64,000 nt of DNA from Dehalococcoidia bacterium (GCA_965221025.1 CBDCRJ010000001.1:388839-452838); one strand, 5' to 3'. Positions 41,026-51,180 are shown, counted from the first letter of the stretch. Program-made: numbers and translations. Notes: generated by a model not told the origin, from the letters alone.

Positions 41026-42715
41026 AAGATTGGGGCGCTTGGACGTCGGCGAGGCGGGCCGGGCGCGGCAGTTCGTCGGGGTCGATGGGTATCTCGATGA
41101 TGCTGGGTTTACCGGCGTTTAGCGCCTCCTGGAATACGTCGGCTACGTCCTCGGGCCGTTCCACGTAGAACCCGGCGCCACCAAAGAGTTCGGCATATTT
41201 GTCGAACCGGGGGTTGTTGGTGTCCGCTCCAATATAGCGTTCGTTGAAGGCGAAACGCTGATAGGCTTTTTCCGATCCCCAGCTTCCGTTGTTCATCACC
41301 ACCGATACGACAGGGATGTTGTATTCCACGGCGGTGGAGAATTCCTGAGCGTTGAACAAGAAGCCGCCGTCGCCGTTAAAGTTAATCACCGGCCGGTTGG
41401 GAGCGGCCAATTTGGCGCCCAAGGAGGCCGGGAAGCTGAAGCCCAGTCCGCCCAAGTCCAAGGAGGTCATCAGGCTGCGGGGCTCAAAGAAATCCAGTCG
41501 GTCCTGCCCGAAGTTGGGCGCCAGCCCGGCGTCCAAGGCCACAATAGCGTTTCGGGGCATCACGCGCCTTAGCTCGGCGTACACCCGTTGCGGTTTCATG
41601 GGGAGAGTGTCGAGCCGTTCCTCGCCGCGCAGCCGTTCCGCCCGCCGGGCCGACCAATTCTCGATCTCGGCCAGCCATTGCGGGTTGGGGCGCGGCTCGC
41701 GCTCCCGGACCAGTTCCAGCAGTCCCTCCGATACCGTCTTGGCGTCGCCCTCTATTCCCACCGAGACCGGGTAATTTCGGCCGATGGCCTCGGGATCGAT
41801 CTCGATCTGGATTATGTTTACTCCCGGCTGGATGAACCGGTGGTCGAAGAACGTCGTGGACTGTCCCAGCCGTGTGCCAACGGCCAGAATGGTGTCGGCT
41901 TCCCGCGCCGCTTCGATGCCCTCGGGCGCACCCAGGCGACCCAGGTGCCCCAGGAAGTTGGGGTGATCGCTGGGCACCGCGTCGGCCCGTCCGTAGGAGG
42001 TAACGATGGCGGCCCCGGTGGCCTCAGCCAGGCGGCACACCTCGGGCCCGGCGTTGCTCCACTGTACCCCGCCTCCGGCCAGGATCACCGGTCGCTGGGC
42101 GGCCAGCAAGAGTTCGGCCGCTTGTTGGATGAGCCCCAAATCGCCCCGAGCCCTGGTCTGGCCGGAGCGGTAATGAGGGGGCGGCAGGGCTTCCAACTCT
42201 ACCTCGCCGCCGGGCAGCAGGTCCCGCGGGATGTCCAGCAACACCGGTCCCATCCGCCCCGAGGTCGCAACGCGAAAGGCATGGCGCAAAGCGTCGGGCA
42301 GACGGTCCAAGCGGTTGATGGGGAAGGCAGCCTTGGTGATGGGACGGAACAACGCCACTTGGTCGAATTCCTGGGTGGAGTCCCGGTATTGATGGCTGCG
42401 AGAGGCTGATGGCGCCAGCACCACCACGGGAGAATGGGCCACGTAAGCCGAGGCGATCCCGTAGGTGAGGTTCAATACTCCGGGCCCGTTGGTGACCAAG
42501 CAGACGCTGGGCGAGCCGGATATGCGGCTGAAACCGTCGGCCATCAGCGCGGCGCCCTGCTCGTGGCGAACGCCGATGAATTCGATGTCGTCGCGGTCGT
42601 AGAGCGGGTCCAGAATATCCAGGAATGACGACCCCACAATTCCGAAGATGTGGGAAACGCCCTCCTGCGGCAACAACTCGATTACCGCCTCGCCGGCCTT
42701 GAACCGCTGCGCCAA
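41024..42715 (-). CDS. Thiamine-diphosphate-dependent enzyme (acetolactate synthase large subunit-like)
   Basis: 563 aa with three-domain TPP-enzyme organisation and the TPP motif GDGGFLFNAQE...NN. TTG start. Confidence 0.85.
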   Translation of the reverse strand: MAQRFKAGEAVIELLPQEGVSHIFGIVGSSFLDILDPLYDRDDIEFIGVRHEQGAALMADGFSRISGSPSVCLVTNGPGVLNLTYGIASAYVAHSPVVVLAPSASRSHQYRDSTQEFDQVALFRPITKAAFPINRLDRLPDALRHAFRVATSGRMGPVLLDIPRDLLPGGEVELEALPPPHYRSGQTRARGDLGLIQQAAELLLAAQRPVILAGGGVQWSNAGPEVCRLAEATGAAIVTSYGRADAVPSDHPNFLGHLGRLGAPEGIEAAREADTILAVGTRLGQSTTFFDHRFIQPGVNIIQIEIDPEAIGRNYPVSVGIEGDAKTVSEGLLELVREREPRPNPQWLAEIENWSARRAERLRGEERLDTLPMKPQRVYAELRRVMPRNAIVALDAGLAPNFGQDRLDFFEPRSLMTSLDLGGLGFSFPASLGAKLAAPNRPVINFNGDGGFLFNAQEFSTAVEYNIPVVSVVMNNGSWGSEKAYQRFAFNERYIGADTNNPRFDKYAELFGGAGFYVERPEDVADVFQEALNAGKPSIIEIPIDPDELPRPARLADVQAPQS

Positions 42716-42900
42716 CTACCTAACTCCGGAGCGATTTGGGCCACCGGTTTGAGCCCGGCCTCTCTGTCCCAACGGAGTTTAGCATATCGGGAGTACAGAC
42801 TGGCCCTCGCGGGCTCCCGTTGGCGCCTGAAGGATGGCGCGGAACGGGGCAATGGGTGACATGGGTGACATGGGTGAAACCATGGCGATTTTACGGTCTA

Positions 42901-43254
42901 TTACCAGATTGCGTTGGTGGGAACCAATCTCTGATTAACTGGGTCTACGGCGAGCAGGAGGCCTTCGAAAGTATAGGCGCCGGGCAGGGGAACGGAATCA
43001 TCCGGCCCGAAGATTACCTCGGTGGTGACGCTTGCTCCATTGATGGTGGCCCTGGCCTCTCCGACGTCCAGATCGACTATGCGCCCGTCGCCCAATTCGA
43101 ACTTGGCTTGCCGCGTCACCGCAACTCCCATCTCTCTGAGGAGGCGCGACGGCAGCACGGTAAAGGTAGCGCCGGTATCTACGCTCGCCTCTATTTCTCG
43201 CGTTTGTCCGCCGTCCAGACTGGAAATCTGAATCGGCCAATTAAAAGTGTCCAC
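42901..43254 (-). CDS. Retropepsin-like aspartyl protease
   Basis: VDTGAT active-site motif, 117 aa. GTG start with an AGGAG RBS. Confidence 0.7.
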   Translation of the reverse strand: MDTFNWPIQISSLDGGQTREIEASVDTGATFTVLPSRLLREMGVAVTRQAKFELGDGRIVDLDVGEARATINGASVTTEVIFGPDDSVPLPGAYTFEGLLLAVDPVNQRLVPTNAIW

Positions 43255-43402
43255 TCCTAAACTCCCGCCAATATTCTACGCTATTCACGAAACCACCGGT
43301 GGCCGCCCGTCATCGTTGGCCTAGGGGCGCCAAGGGTCCAGATTGACGCCGTGGTGCGCCATTCGTAAAATCGACTTGTCGCATTCGCACGGGAGGCTTG
43401 GC

Positions 43403-44173
43403 ATGGACTACGAGCATATTCTGGTGGAGGTTGAGGACCGGGTGGCGGTGATTACGATGAACCGGCCAGAGGTCTTGAACGCCATGAACCACCGGCTGGA
43501 CGAGGAACTTTACCACGCGGTAATGGCGGCCAACGCCGACGACGGAGTCGGCTGCATCGTCATCACCGGCTCAGGGGACCGGGCTTTTTCCGCTGGCGGT
43601 GACATTCACGAGCAACGGGTCCACGCCAAGGAGCGTACCCAGGAACAGATGGATGCCGACTCCTTACGGTACCAGCAGTGGATGTACGAGATTTCCGCCT
43701 CCCCCAAGCCGGTGATCGGGATGATGAACGGACTGGCCTACGGCGGCGGCGCGGTGCTGGCGTCCTGCCTCGACATGCGGCTGGGTTGCGAGAATACCAG
43801 GTTCCGGTTCCTCGCGGTGGCCTACGGGCGCATCAACAGCACCTGGACTCTTACCAACCAAGTCGGTTGGCCCATCGCCAAAGAATACCTCTTGACTGGC
43901 CGAGTCGTCGAAGCTGAGGAGGCCTACCGGGTGGGGTTGCTGAACCACTTGGTGCCAGCCGGAGAACTGCGGGCCAAGACCATGGAAATCGCCGCCACCA
44001 TCGCCGGCCACCGGCCCGAGTCGGTCACCGGCATCAAGGAGTTGTTGCTGCAAGACAAAGCGGCCGACCTGCGGAAGATGTGGGAGAACGAACGCGATTT
44101 CACCGACAAAGTACAGGGCTACGGGGTCGAGCAAGCCTTTCCTGAATTCATCGCCCGCAGGGGCCGGCAGTGA
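43403..44173 (+). CDS. Enoyl-CoA hydratase/isomerase (crotonase) family
   Basis: VAVITMNRPEVLNAMN...ITGSGDRAFSAGGD...NGLAYGGG. ATG at 43403 after GGGAGG. Confidence 0.85.
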   Translation: MDYEHILVEVEDRVAVITMNRPEVLNAMNHRLDEELYHAVMAANADDGVGCIVITGSGDRAFSAGGDIHEQRVHAKERTQEQMDADSLRYQQWMYEISASPKPVIGMMNGLAYGGGAVLASCLDMRLGCENTRFRFLAVAYGRINSTWTLTNQVGWPIAKEYLLTGRVVEAEEAYRVGLLNHLVPAGELRAKTMEIAATIAGHRPESVTGIKELLLQDKAADLRKMWENERDFTDKVQGYGVEQAFPEFIARRGRQ

Positions 44174-44210
44174 CAGAAGTAACTGGCCGCCTCTTTTACT
44201 TGGGGAAAGC

Positions 44211-44381
44211 ATGAGGTTAAATATCTAGCTGGAACAGGAAGAAGACGGCCGGTGGATAGCGGAAGTCACTGACCTACCGGGAGTGATGGTCTACGGAGTT
44301 TCTCCGGGCGAAGCGACCGCCAAGGTTAAAGCCTTGGCCGCGCGAACCTTGGCCGAACGAGTAGAGAACGTTTCGAGCTAG
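44211..44381 (+). pseudogene. HicB/UPF0150-like antitoxin ORF with an in-frame TAG at codon 6
   Basis: Hand translation: MRLNI*LEQEEDGRWIAEVTDLPGVMVYGVSPGEATAKVKALAARTLAERVENVSS*. The TAG is at 44226-44228. No hicA is adjacent. Confidence 0.45.
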
Positions 44382-44522
44382 ACTTCAGAGGACATTGTAT
44401 ATAGCAGCCAACGTGGATAGCGACCAAAGTGGCTGCTGAGTTGCCCAGCGGTCTCACTTTAACAAGGAGCGGGCGACTTCAAGGGCGCTTGCCGCCAGAT
44501 TGTCTAGGTTGCGGTCCCTGAG

Positions 44523-45158
44523 TTAAACACTGATTGTGCCCTTGGTGCTGGGGACTTGGCCGGGGGCGCGTGGGTCGGGCTCCAAGGCGTCGCGCAGCGA
44601 GCGGGCCAGCGCCTTGCATAGGGCCTCGGCCTTGTGGTGCGGGTCGGCGCCGGTGAGGATTTTCGCGTGAAGGTTTATCTTTCCTTCCAGCGCGAAGGAC
44701 TCGAAGAAATGGCGCACCAACGAGCCGGGCAGCGTTTCCACCATGGTATCGTCTAAGGTGGTCTCAATCACGGCGTAACCCCGGCCTGAGCAGTCCAAGG
44801 CAACCATGGCCAGGGTCTCGTCCAACGGGACGATGGCGTGGCCCATGCGCCGGATGCCCTTAGCGTCCCCCAAGGCCTCTCGAAATGCCCGGCCCAGGGT
44901 GATTCCCACGTCCTCCACCAAGTGATGCCAACCGGTGTGCAGGTCACCTTTGGCGCGGAGGTTTATGTCAATCAGGCCATGCCGAGAGACCTGGCATACC
45001 ATGTGGTCCAGAAAACCGTTCCCGGTGTCGACTTCGTAGGTCCCGCTGCCGTCCAAGTCCATCGCCAGGAAAATCTCGGTCTCCCCGGTGGCACGCTCGA
45101 TGGTAGCCGTCCTGGGACCGAATCCGGCCAACGGTCCGCCCTCAGATGCCATGTCCAT
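44523..45158 (-). CDS. hisB: Imidazoleglycerol-phosphate dehydratase
   Basis: TGETEIFLAMDLDGSG and GWHHLVEDVGITLG motifs. The start is at ATG 45158 or 45152 and overlaps the hisC 3' end. Confidence 0.9.
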   Translation of the reverse strand: MDMASEGGPLAGFGPRTATIERATGETEIFLAMDLDGSGTYEVDTGNGFLDHMVCQVSRHGLIDINLRAKGDLHTGWHHLVEDVGITLGRAFREALGDAKGIRRMGHAIVPLDETLAMVALDCSGRGYAVIETTLDDTMVETLPGSLVRHFFESFALEGKINLHAKILTGADPHHKAEALCKALARSLRDALEPDPRAPGQVPSTKGTISV

Positions 45159-46266
45159 CTCCGGCGCTGATTTCTTCAGTGAGCTCCGCCATTGCTTGGA
45201 CCACCGCGTCGGTCTCGAAAGGAAACCCCACGCTGGCCCGGACGTAGTCCCGGAGCCGGTCGTTGTCCCAGTGCCGTAGGAAGATGCCGCGGCTGCACAG
45301 CCCCTCGAACACATTCTTGCCGCTGCCTTCCGGGAGCTGGCACAGAATGAAATTCGCCTGGGACGGCCAAGGCTTTACCTGGGGCAGGCTGCCGAGCAGT
45401 CCGGCCATTCTCTCCCGTTCCGCGATGATGTTGTTCACCCGTTCCAGCAGGGCGGGAACATCTTCCAGCGACGCGGTCAGCGCCACTTCGGCGGCTAGGT
45501 TGACGTTGTAGGGAGGCTTGATGGCCATAATGGTCTGGGCCAGTTCCTCGTGCATGGCGCCTAGACCGATGCGCAGCCCGGCCAGTCCCGCCCACTTGCT
45601 GAAGGTGCGAAGCACCACCAAGTTTGGATAGTCCTCCAGCAACGGCAGGACGGTTACACCGCTGAATTCGTGGTAAGCCTCGTCCACGATCACCATCACG
45701 CCGGTGTCCAGCAGCGCCAGTATTTCGGCCTCGGATGCGAGATTGCCGCTGGGGTTGTTTGGGCTGGCGATGATGATCGCCTTGGTCTTGGCCGTTATCG
45801 CCAGCTTGACCTCTTCAATGTCGATCTCGAAATTATCGTCTCGGGGAACGCCAATCGCTCGACCACCACAAAGCCCGGTGTTGAAAGAGTACATACCGAA
45901 GGTCGGCGTGGCGGTGATCACGTTGTCGCCGGGCCCGACGAAGACACGCAACAACAGGTCGATTAACTCGTCGCTGCCGTTGCCGGCCACGATATTTTCC
46001 GGCGGCACGGCGACATAGCCGGAAAGCGCCCGGCGCAACTGCCGCTGTCCGGGGTCGGGGTAGTGGTTGTAATTCTGGAAATTAGCCAGCGCTTCGGCCA
46101 CACCGGGCGACGCCCCGTAGGGATTCTCGTTCCCATTAAGCCGTATTATCTTCTCGGGGGGAATGCCGGCGCGCTCCGCCATGACCTCCATTGGGTCCAC
46201 GCCGTGGTATAGCTCCATGCTCTGGATGTGCGGGAGCATTGCGTTTTTTATTGAGGAAGCGTCCAT
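45142..46266 (-). CDS. hisC: Histidinol-phosphate aminotransferase
   Basis: LNGNENPYG and the PLP-lysine motif TFSKWAGLAGLRIG. Confidence 0.9.
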   Translation of the reverse strand: MDASSIKNAMLPHIQSMELYHGVDPMEVMAERAGIPPEKIIRLNGNENPYGASPGVAEALANFQNYNHYPDPGQRQLRRALSGYVAVPPENIVAGNGSDELIDLLLRVFVGPGDNVITATPTFGMYSFNTGLCGGRAIGVPRDDNFEIDIEEVKLAITAKTKAIIIASPNNPSGNLASEAEILALLDTGVMVIVDEAYHEFSGVTVLPLLEDYPNLVVLRTFSKWAGLAGLRIGLGAMHEELAQTIMAIKPPYNVNLAAEVALTASLEDVPALLERVNNIIAERERMAGLLGSLPQVKPWPSQANFILCQLPEGSGKNVFEGLCSRGIFLRHWDNDRLRDYVRASVGFPFETDAVVQAMAELTEEISAGDGHGI

Positions 46267-46286
46267 CTAAACGACCGCCGGAAACC

Positions 46287-47624
46287 TTAGTTATTGGAGA
46301 GAGAATCGAGGCGTACTTGGACGGCCCCGGCGTGACCGGCCAGCCCCTCGGCGTTGGCGATTTGGACGGCGGCGGGGCCGAGGTGTCGGAAGTCGTCCGG
46401 GCTCAGGCCTACCACCGGCATAGTCCTAAGGAAGTGGTGGACGCTCAACGCGGAGCCGAAGCGGGCGGTACCGCCGGTGGGCATCACATGGCTGGGCCCC
46501 GCGATGTAGTCGCCCATTACTTCCGGAGAATATTCGCCCAAGAACAGTCCGCCGGCGTGTTTGATGCGGTCTACCCAGTCCCAAGGCTCCTGTAACAATA
46601 GGCACAGGTGCTCAGGGGCGATGTGGTTTACCAAGCGAACGGCGTCGTCCAAGGAGTCTACCAGCACGACCCGCCCCTGGCGCTCCAAGGCCTGCCGGGC
46701 CACCTCTCCCCTGGGAGTAGAGGCCAGCCGCTCTTCGACCTGGCGCTCCACCCGGTCGAGCAACGCTTGGCTGTCAGTAACCAGAATCGCTGTGGCCAAA
46801 GGGTCGTGCTCAGCTTGAGCGATGAGGTCGGCCGCACAGAAACCGGCGTTCGCTGAATCGTCGGCTACGATGATGGTCTCGGTGGGGCCGAAGACGCCGT
46901 CGATGTCGACTTGGCCTTGGACCAGCTTTTTGGCGTAGGCGACGAACACGTTGCCGGGCCCGCAGATTTTGTCCACCTTCGGCATAGTTTCGGTGCCGTA
47001 GGCCATGGCGGCGATGGCGGGCACGCCGCCCACTTGGTAGAGGCGGTCGACACCCGCGATTTCCGCAGCGGCCACAACTGCCGGGTTCAGCGGTTGGTCG
47101 CCCAAGCGGGGCGTAGTCAGAATGACTTCACCCACCCCGGCCACCCTGGCGGGAATGGCGGTCATCAGCACGGTGGATGGGTAGGCGGCGCTGCCGCCGG
47201 GAGCGTACAGGCCCACCCGTTCCAAGGGCCGCACCAACTCCCCCAGTCCCTGCTTGCGGTCCAGCCACCCTTGGGGCATGGTTGCCTCGTGGAAGTCCCG
47301 GACCCTCTGGGCCGCTAGTTCCAGGGACTGACGCAGTTCCGGGCTGACGCTCTCACGGGCCCGGGCGATTAGCTTGTCGTCAACCTGAAACTGCTCCAAG
47401 TCGGCGCCGTCGAGCAATTTAGCATAGCGCCGCACCGCCTCGTCGCCTTCTTGGCGTACGTCCCGCAGGATTTGGACGACCGATTGCTCGGGTGTCACCC
47501 CTTCACCGAAGGCCTGCCGGGTGCGGGCCACTACGGAGTCGGGAAGGGAGGAAAGGTCGAGCGGGTCCACGCGCGTGAGAACGCTCTCCGCATCCTGAAC
47601 GCCGCGTATCACGTTAAGAGTCAC
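46287..47624 (-). CDS. hisD: Histidinol dehydrogenase
   Basis: GPGNVFVAYAK, AQAEHD and the C-terminal Zn-binding region. GTG start. Confidence 0.9.
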   Translation of the reverse strand: MTLNVIRGVQDAESVLTRVDPLDLSSLPDSVVARTRQAFGEGVTPEQSVVQILRDVRQEGDEAVRRYAKLLDGADLEQFQVDDKLIARARESVSPELRQSLELAAQRVRDFHEATMPQGWLDRKQGLGELVRPLERVGLYAPGGSAAYPSTVLMTAIPARVAGVGEVILTTPRLGDQPLNPAVVAAAEIAGVDRLYQVGGVPAIAAMAYGTETMPKVDKICGPGNVFVAYAKKLVQGQVDIDGVFGPTETIIVADDSANAGFCAADLIAQAEHDPLATAILVTDSQALLDRVERQVEERLASTPRGEVARQALERQGRVVLVDSLDDAVRLVNHIAPEHLCLLLQEPWDWVDRIKHAGGLFLGEYSPEVMGDYIAGPSHVMPTGGTARFGSALSVHHFLRTMPVVGLSPDDFRHLGPAAVQIANAEGLAGHAGAVQVRLDSLSNN

Positions 47625-47693
47625 TGGGTCGCTCCAATTTCTTGCTAATCATCCGGCCGATGGTCGGACGGTAACCGGCCGGTCGAATTATAG

Positions 47694-48458
47694 CTAGGCT
47701 GGGAGGTACTCGCGTATTTGGGCGACGGTGGCGGCCACCGCCCGCTGGCGGTAGGAATCCACCTTGGCTTCGGGTATCTTTTCGTACACTTCTTCAAGGC
47801 TTCCGGGCATACGTTCCAGGAATTCCCCCACTGACTCTTGCACCTCGTCGTTGTCCCGGTACATACGGTTCAGCGCCCGCTTCAGGCGGTCCCAGTTAAA
47901 CTCCATGCCCATGAAGCGGCCCACCCATTCTTTCCACTCAGTAAGAAGGCCATCCTCCAAAAATGTAACCGATACCCCTTCGTCGCCGCAGGAGACGGCT
48001 TCTTGGGGCTCGGCGAGCCGCCGTAGCTCCGGGAGGGACTGGCGGTCCATGTCGAGTTGGATGGCCCGGTCCCAAATGTCGGCTTCGACTTGATCGGACG
48101 TAAGGCGCGTTTCCTCGAAGGAGGTGTCGAAGTTGGTCCGGTACACGCTGGTGATCCAAGTCTCGTCGGCAGCCAAATGGCTGATGTACCCCAGAATAAA
48201 GGACCGCGTCGCCTCGGAGACGCCATCGTCCACCAGCAGTTCCGGGTGGTTCCGGAACATAGCGCGGGTCCCGGCGCCAACCTCCTCCACCGACAGTAGC
48301 GAGAAATGGGTCTGTTCCCGGGGCCACTTGGTCATGGCGCGGATGTCCGGGGTGGTGGAACCGAGGTAGAAGCTGCCGATGTTATCGTAGAGGTAACCGC
48401 GGTCGAGTTGCTCGGCCACCTGGCTAGCCAGGAATATGTGCATCGGCAGGTTGGGCAT
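47694..48458 (-). CDS. Zinc-dependent phospholipase C-like family protein (uncertain)
   Basis: The MPNLPMHIFLA... N-terminus and HLAADETW resemble the bacterial Zn_dep_PLPC family. The gene is inserted between hisG and hisD. Confidence 0.45.
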   Translation of the reverse strand: MPNLPMHIFLASQVAEQLDRGYLYDNIGSFYLGSTTPDIRAMTKWPREQTHFSLLSVEEVGAGTRAMFRNHPELLVDDGVSEATRSFILGYISHLAADETWITSVYRTNFDTSFEETRLTSDQVEADIWDRAIQLDMDRQSLPELRRLAEPQEAVSCGDEGVSVTFLEDGLLTEWKEWVGRFMGMEFNWDRLKRALNRMYRDNDEVQESVGEFLERMPGSLEEVYEKIPEAKVDSYRQRAVAATVAQIREYLPA

Positions 48459-48489
48459 CTTGTAATCGCGGCGATTGTATTTTACCCGG

Positions 48490-49563
48490 TCACTCCCGGC
48501 TTGTCGAACCGTTCCCGAACAGGCTCTCGTACGCTTGGGAGTGACTTAGGAAGAGGTAATCCAACTGCGCCGCAGCGACGTCAACCGCGCCGCAGTTCCT
48601 GAGATGGTCGACGGCCTCCATCAAAGATTCCTTCTCGACCAAGAGACTAACGCTGAACCAGGCTTCTTCCATGCTGACATCCCGATCGTTTACCCGGTTG
48701 TAAACCCTGGATACCGTGGGACCCCGAAGACCGGAGAGGCCGGGGCGGGCCAGAATGGTCGCGCTCACCGCCTCAGCCGACGGGCCTTGAACGTTGGCCG
48801 AGATGCGATAAAAAGGCCCGGCCCGGAGATGAGCTTCCATCATTTCGGTGACGGAACGGGCCAAGCCAAAGGCCGCAGCGGACTTACCCAGCAGGGCCGG
48901 GTTGGCCACTAAGCAGGCCTGGGAGGAGAGAATCGTGCCGTCGTCCACGGTCTTGAGCCGGTTTTCCCGGAGCGTAGCGCCGGTCGCAGTTATATCGGCG
49001 ATGAGGTCAGCATACCCGGCGGCCGGCGCCGCTTCCATGGCGCCGCTGGCCGGGACCAACGTGAAATAGTTGATCCCTCGCTCGTAAAGGTAGGCCCGCA
49101 ACAACCGGGGGTACTTGGTGGCGATGCGTAATTGCTTCCCTTCCTGCCGAAATTCCAGGGCCAAGTCCGCCAAGTCGGCCAAGGAAGTAACGTCGACCCA
49201 AGCGGCGGGGACGGCAAGCACCAAATCGCACCGGCCGAAACCGAGATCTTCTATCAAGACCTCGGCCAAGAGTTCGGCGGCCCGGTTTTCCAGCACCCGG
49301 TCCAAGCCGGTTATCCCCAGTTCGGCGCTGCCTTCTTCCACTTTCTGGGTGATGTCGGCGGTGCGCTGGAACAGCGCGTCCACGCCCGGCAAGGCCGGGA
49401 TGGTGGCGGTATAACGCCGGGCGTTGGGGCGCAACACGGTCAGGCCGCAGGAGCGCATGAAGCTCAGGGACGGTTCGTGGAGGTCGCCATCGCTGGGCAA
49501 AACCATTCGCAAGCCCGGCTGCTGGGGGCGGTTGTTTTGGGCCAAGCGGTCCGGGGTCGACAC
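48490..49563 (-). CDS. hisG: ATP phosphoribosyltransferase, long form with HisG C-terminal domain
   Basis: LRMVLPSDGDLHEPSL..., catalytic core, and a C-terminal regulatory-type domain (...GLRGPTVSRVY...WFSVSLLVEKESLMEAVDHLRNCGAV). I propose the GTG at 49563, which overlaps the hisZ stop (TAGTG). The alternative is the ATG at 49506. Confidence 0.8.
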   Translation of the reverse strand: MSTPDRLAQNNRPQQPGLRMVLPSDGDLHEPSLSFMRSCGLTVLRPNARRYTATIPALPGVDALFQRTADITQKVEEGSAELGITGLDRVLENRAAELLAEVLIEDLGFGRCDLVLAVPAAWVDVTSLADLADLALEFRQEGKQLRIATKYPRLLRAYLYERGINYFTLVPASGAMEAAPAAGYADLIADITATGATLRENRLKTVDDGTILSSQACLVANPALLGKSAAAFGLARSVTEMMEAHLRAGPFYRISANVQGPSAEAVSATILARPGLSGLRGPTVSRVYNRVNDRDVSMEEAWFSVSLLVEKESLMEAVDHLRNCGAVDVAAAQLDYLFLSHSQAYESLFGNGSTSRE

Positions 49564-51011
49564 TACGGCTGTCCCACTTCGTGGGTTGTTCGTTGGCCGT
49601 CTTCGTGGACCCACAATACTCGCTTCAACCCCCTGTTCGCGGCGTAGGACTTGGCGAGTTCCAAACTGTGACCGCTCACATCCAACTCGGCGGTCCCGCC
49701 CTGCTCCCGTATCTCTTGGGCCGCCCGCAATGCGTGGGGGTAGCCGCTGGAACCGGCCGCCGTCACCAAGGCCCCGCCCGTAGGACCGGTGTCACTCGGA
49801 GATTCCGCAGAGGCGGCGGTGACGGCCATGAGAGCATCAAGGTTATAGGCGAAGCCGAGGGCGGTCGGAGACCAAGGGTAGCCCAAGGCCCGGGCCAAGC
49901 CGTCGTACCGTCCGCCCCCGCCCAACGGAGCGGGCCAGCCGGGGTGGGTGACCTCGAAGATGATACCGTTGTAGTAGGCCGGACCACGGGCCAAGCCGAA
50001 GTCAAGGACTATGTGTTCATCGACGTCAAGTTGACCGGAGAGCAACTCCAAGACCTCGGACAACGGCCCGACTTCCGACCCATCCAACCCGGCACCTCGG
50101 AATACGGCCCTCGCTGCCTCCAATGCTGGACCGGGTCTACCGTGGACCTGCGCCAGAGCCCCAGCCAACTCCAGCGCCGACCTTACTTCGGAGTCGCGGT
50201 CGGGCTTGCGTACTTTGCGCAGCAGCCGTTCCACCACATCTTCCGGGCTGCGCTGGCCGAAATTATCGCTGGCGTTCCAAGACAACAGGCCGCGCAATAC
50301 CACCCGAGCCTGGGAGTCGTCCAACCCTTCGACGGCTTGGCTCAGGTGATCAAGACCGGAGGGCTGGCCGGCGAGATGAAGGCGCCGGGCCTCTTCAAAA
50401 AGAACGTCGGCCGACTTCTTACCTTCGCGCAGGCGGGGTACGCTCTGGAGCACGAAGTCCCGTGCCCGCTCCGAAAGCTCAATGGGGCCGAGCAGATTGG
50501 TCAGTAAGTCCAAGTCGGCCAATTGGAGCTTCCAGCCGGATACTCCGGCGGCGGCGGCCACAGCCGCCGCTAGGCTTAATAACTCGACCGCCGCCAAGCG
50601 GCTGGAGGGGCCTATCAATTCACCGCCGATCTGGGTAAATTGGCCGCCGGCGCCACTTCCTTCCGACCGGAATACCGGGCCGCAGTACTGCCACCGCACC
50701 GGGCTTTCGACCCCGCGTTCGAAGTAATGCCGCATGATGGGAGCGGTGAATTCGGGCCTCAGGCTCACCGCGTTGCTGCCGGGGTCGATGAAACTATAGA
50801 GTTGAGACGCCAGCTCCCCGCCCGACTTCCGCATGAAGAGCTCGGTAGGCTCCAACACCGGCGTTTCCACACTCCGGTAGCCGTAGCTGCCCAGCAGTTT
50901 GATCAAGCGTTCTTGGAGCCGGTTCTTACGCTCCCACCCCTTCCCATAAACGTCATCCATACCCGGCAGGCGCGGGATACCGTTGGCAAACTCAGAGGAC
51001 TGGCGATTCAT
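49563..51011 (-). CDS. hisZ: HisRS-like ATP phosphoribosyltransferase regulatory subunit
   Basis: Class-II aaRS-like core (YRSVETPVLEPTELF...LRPEFTAP) without the canonical HisRS motif-2 RYERPQ. It retains a C-terminal anticodon-binding-like domain. Length is 482 aa. Confidence 0.7.
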   Translation of the reverse strand: MNRQSSEFANGIPRLPGMDDVYGKGWERKNRLQERLIKLLGSYGYRSVETPVLEPTELFMRKSGGELASQLYSFIDPGSNAVSLRPEFTAPIMRHYFERGVESPVRWQYCGPVFRSEGSGAGGQFTQIGGELIGPSSRLAAVELLSLAAAVAAAAGVSGWKLQLADLDLLTNLLGPIELSERARDFVLQSVPRLREGKKSADVLFEEARRLHLAGQPSGLDHLSQAVEGLDDSQARVVLRGLLSWNASDNFGQRSPEDVVERLLRKVRKPDRDSEVRSALELAGALAQVHGRPGPALEAARAVFRGAGLDGSEVGPLSEVLELLSGQLDVDEHIVLDFGLARGPAYYNGIIFEVTHPGWPAPLGGGGRYDGLARALGYPWSPTALGFAYNLDALMAVTAASAESPSDTGPTGGALVTAAGSSGYPHALRAAQEIREQGGTAELDVSGHSLELAKSYAANRGLKRVLWVHEDGQRTTHEVGQP

Positions 51012-51180
51012 CTAAACCCATGCAAAAAGAACAACGGGAATTCACAATATACCGGGACCGGCAAGGCGCCGAAGCCGAAAAGGTACCAGAATTCGCAGGA
51101 TAATTGTACATTAGTCAACAGGCGGCAACCAAGGAAACATCCGTCCGAAGCAATCGGAAATAGTGACGCGGGCCGTTGGG

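Noticed and set aside
44226-44228. In-frame TAG (44226-44228) and TAA (60602-60604) as evidence of stop-codon recoding or an alternative genetic code.
   Set aside because: All well-supported genes in the window end at TAA, TAG or TGA in the expected places. Both affected ORFs are short orphan fragments inside decayed accessory DNA, so pseudogenisation is the simpler reading.
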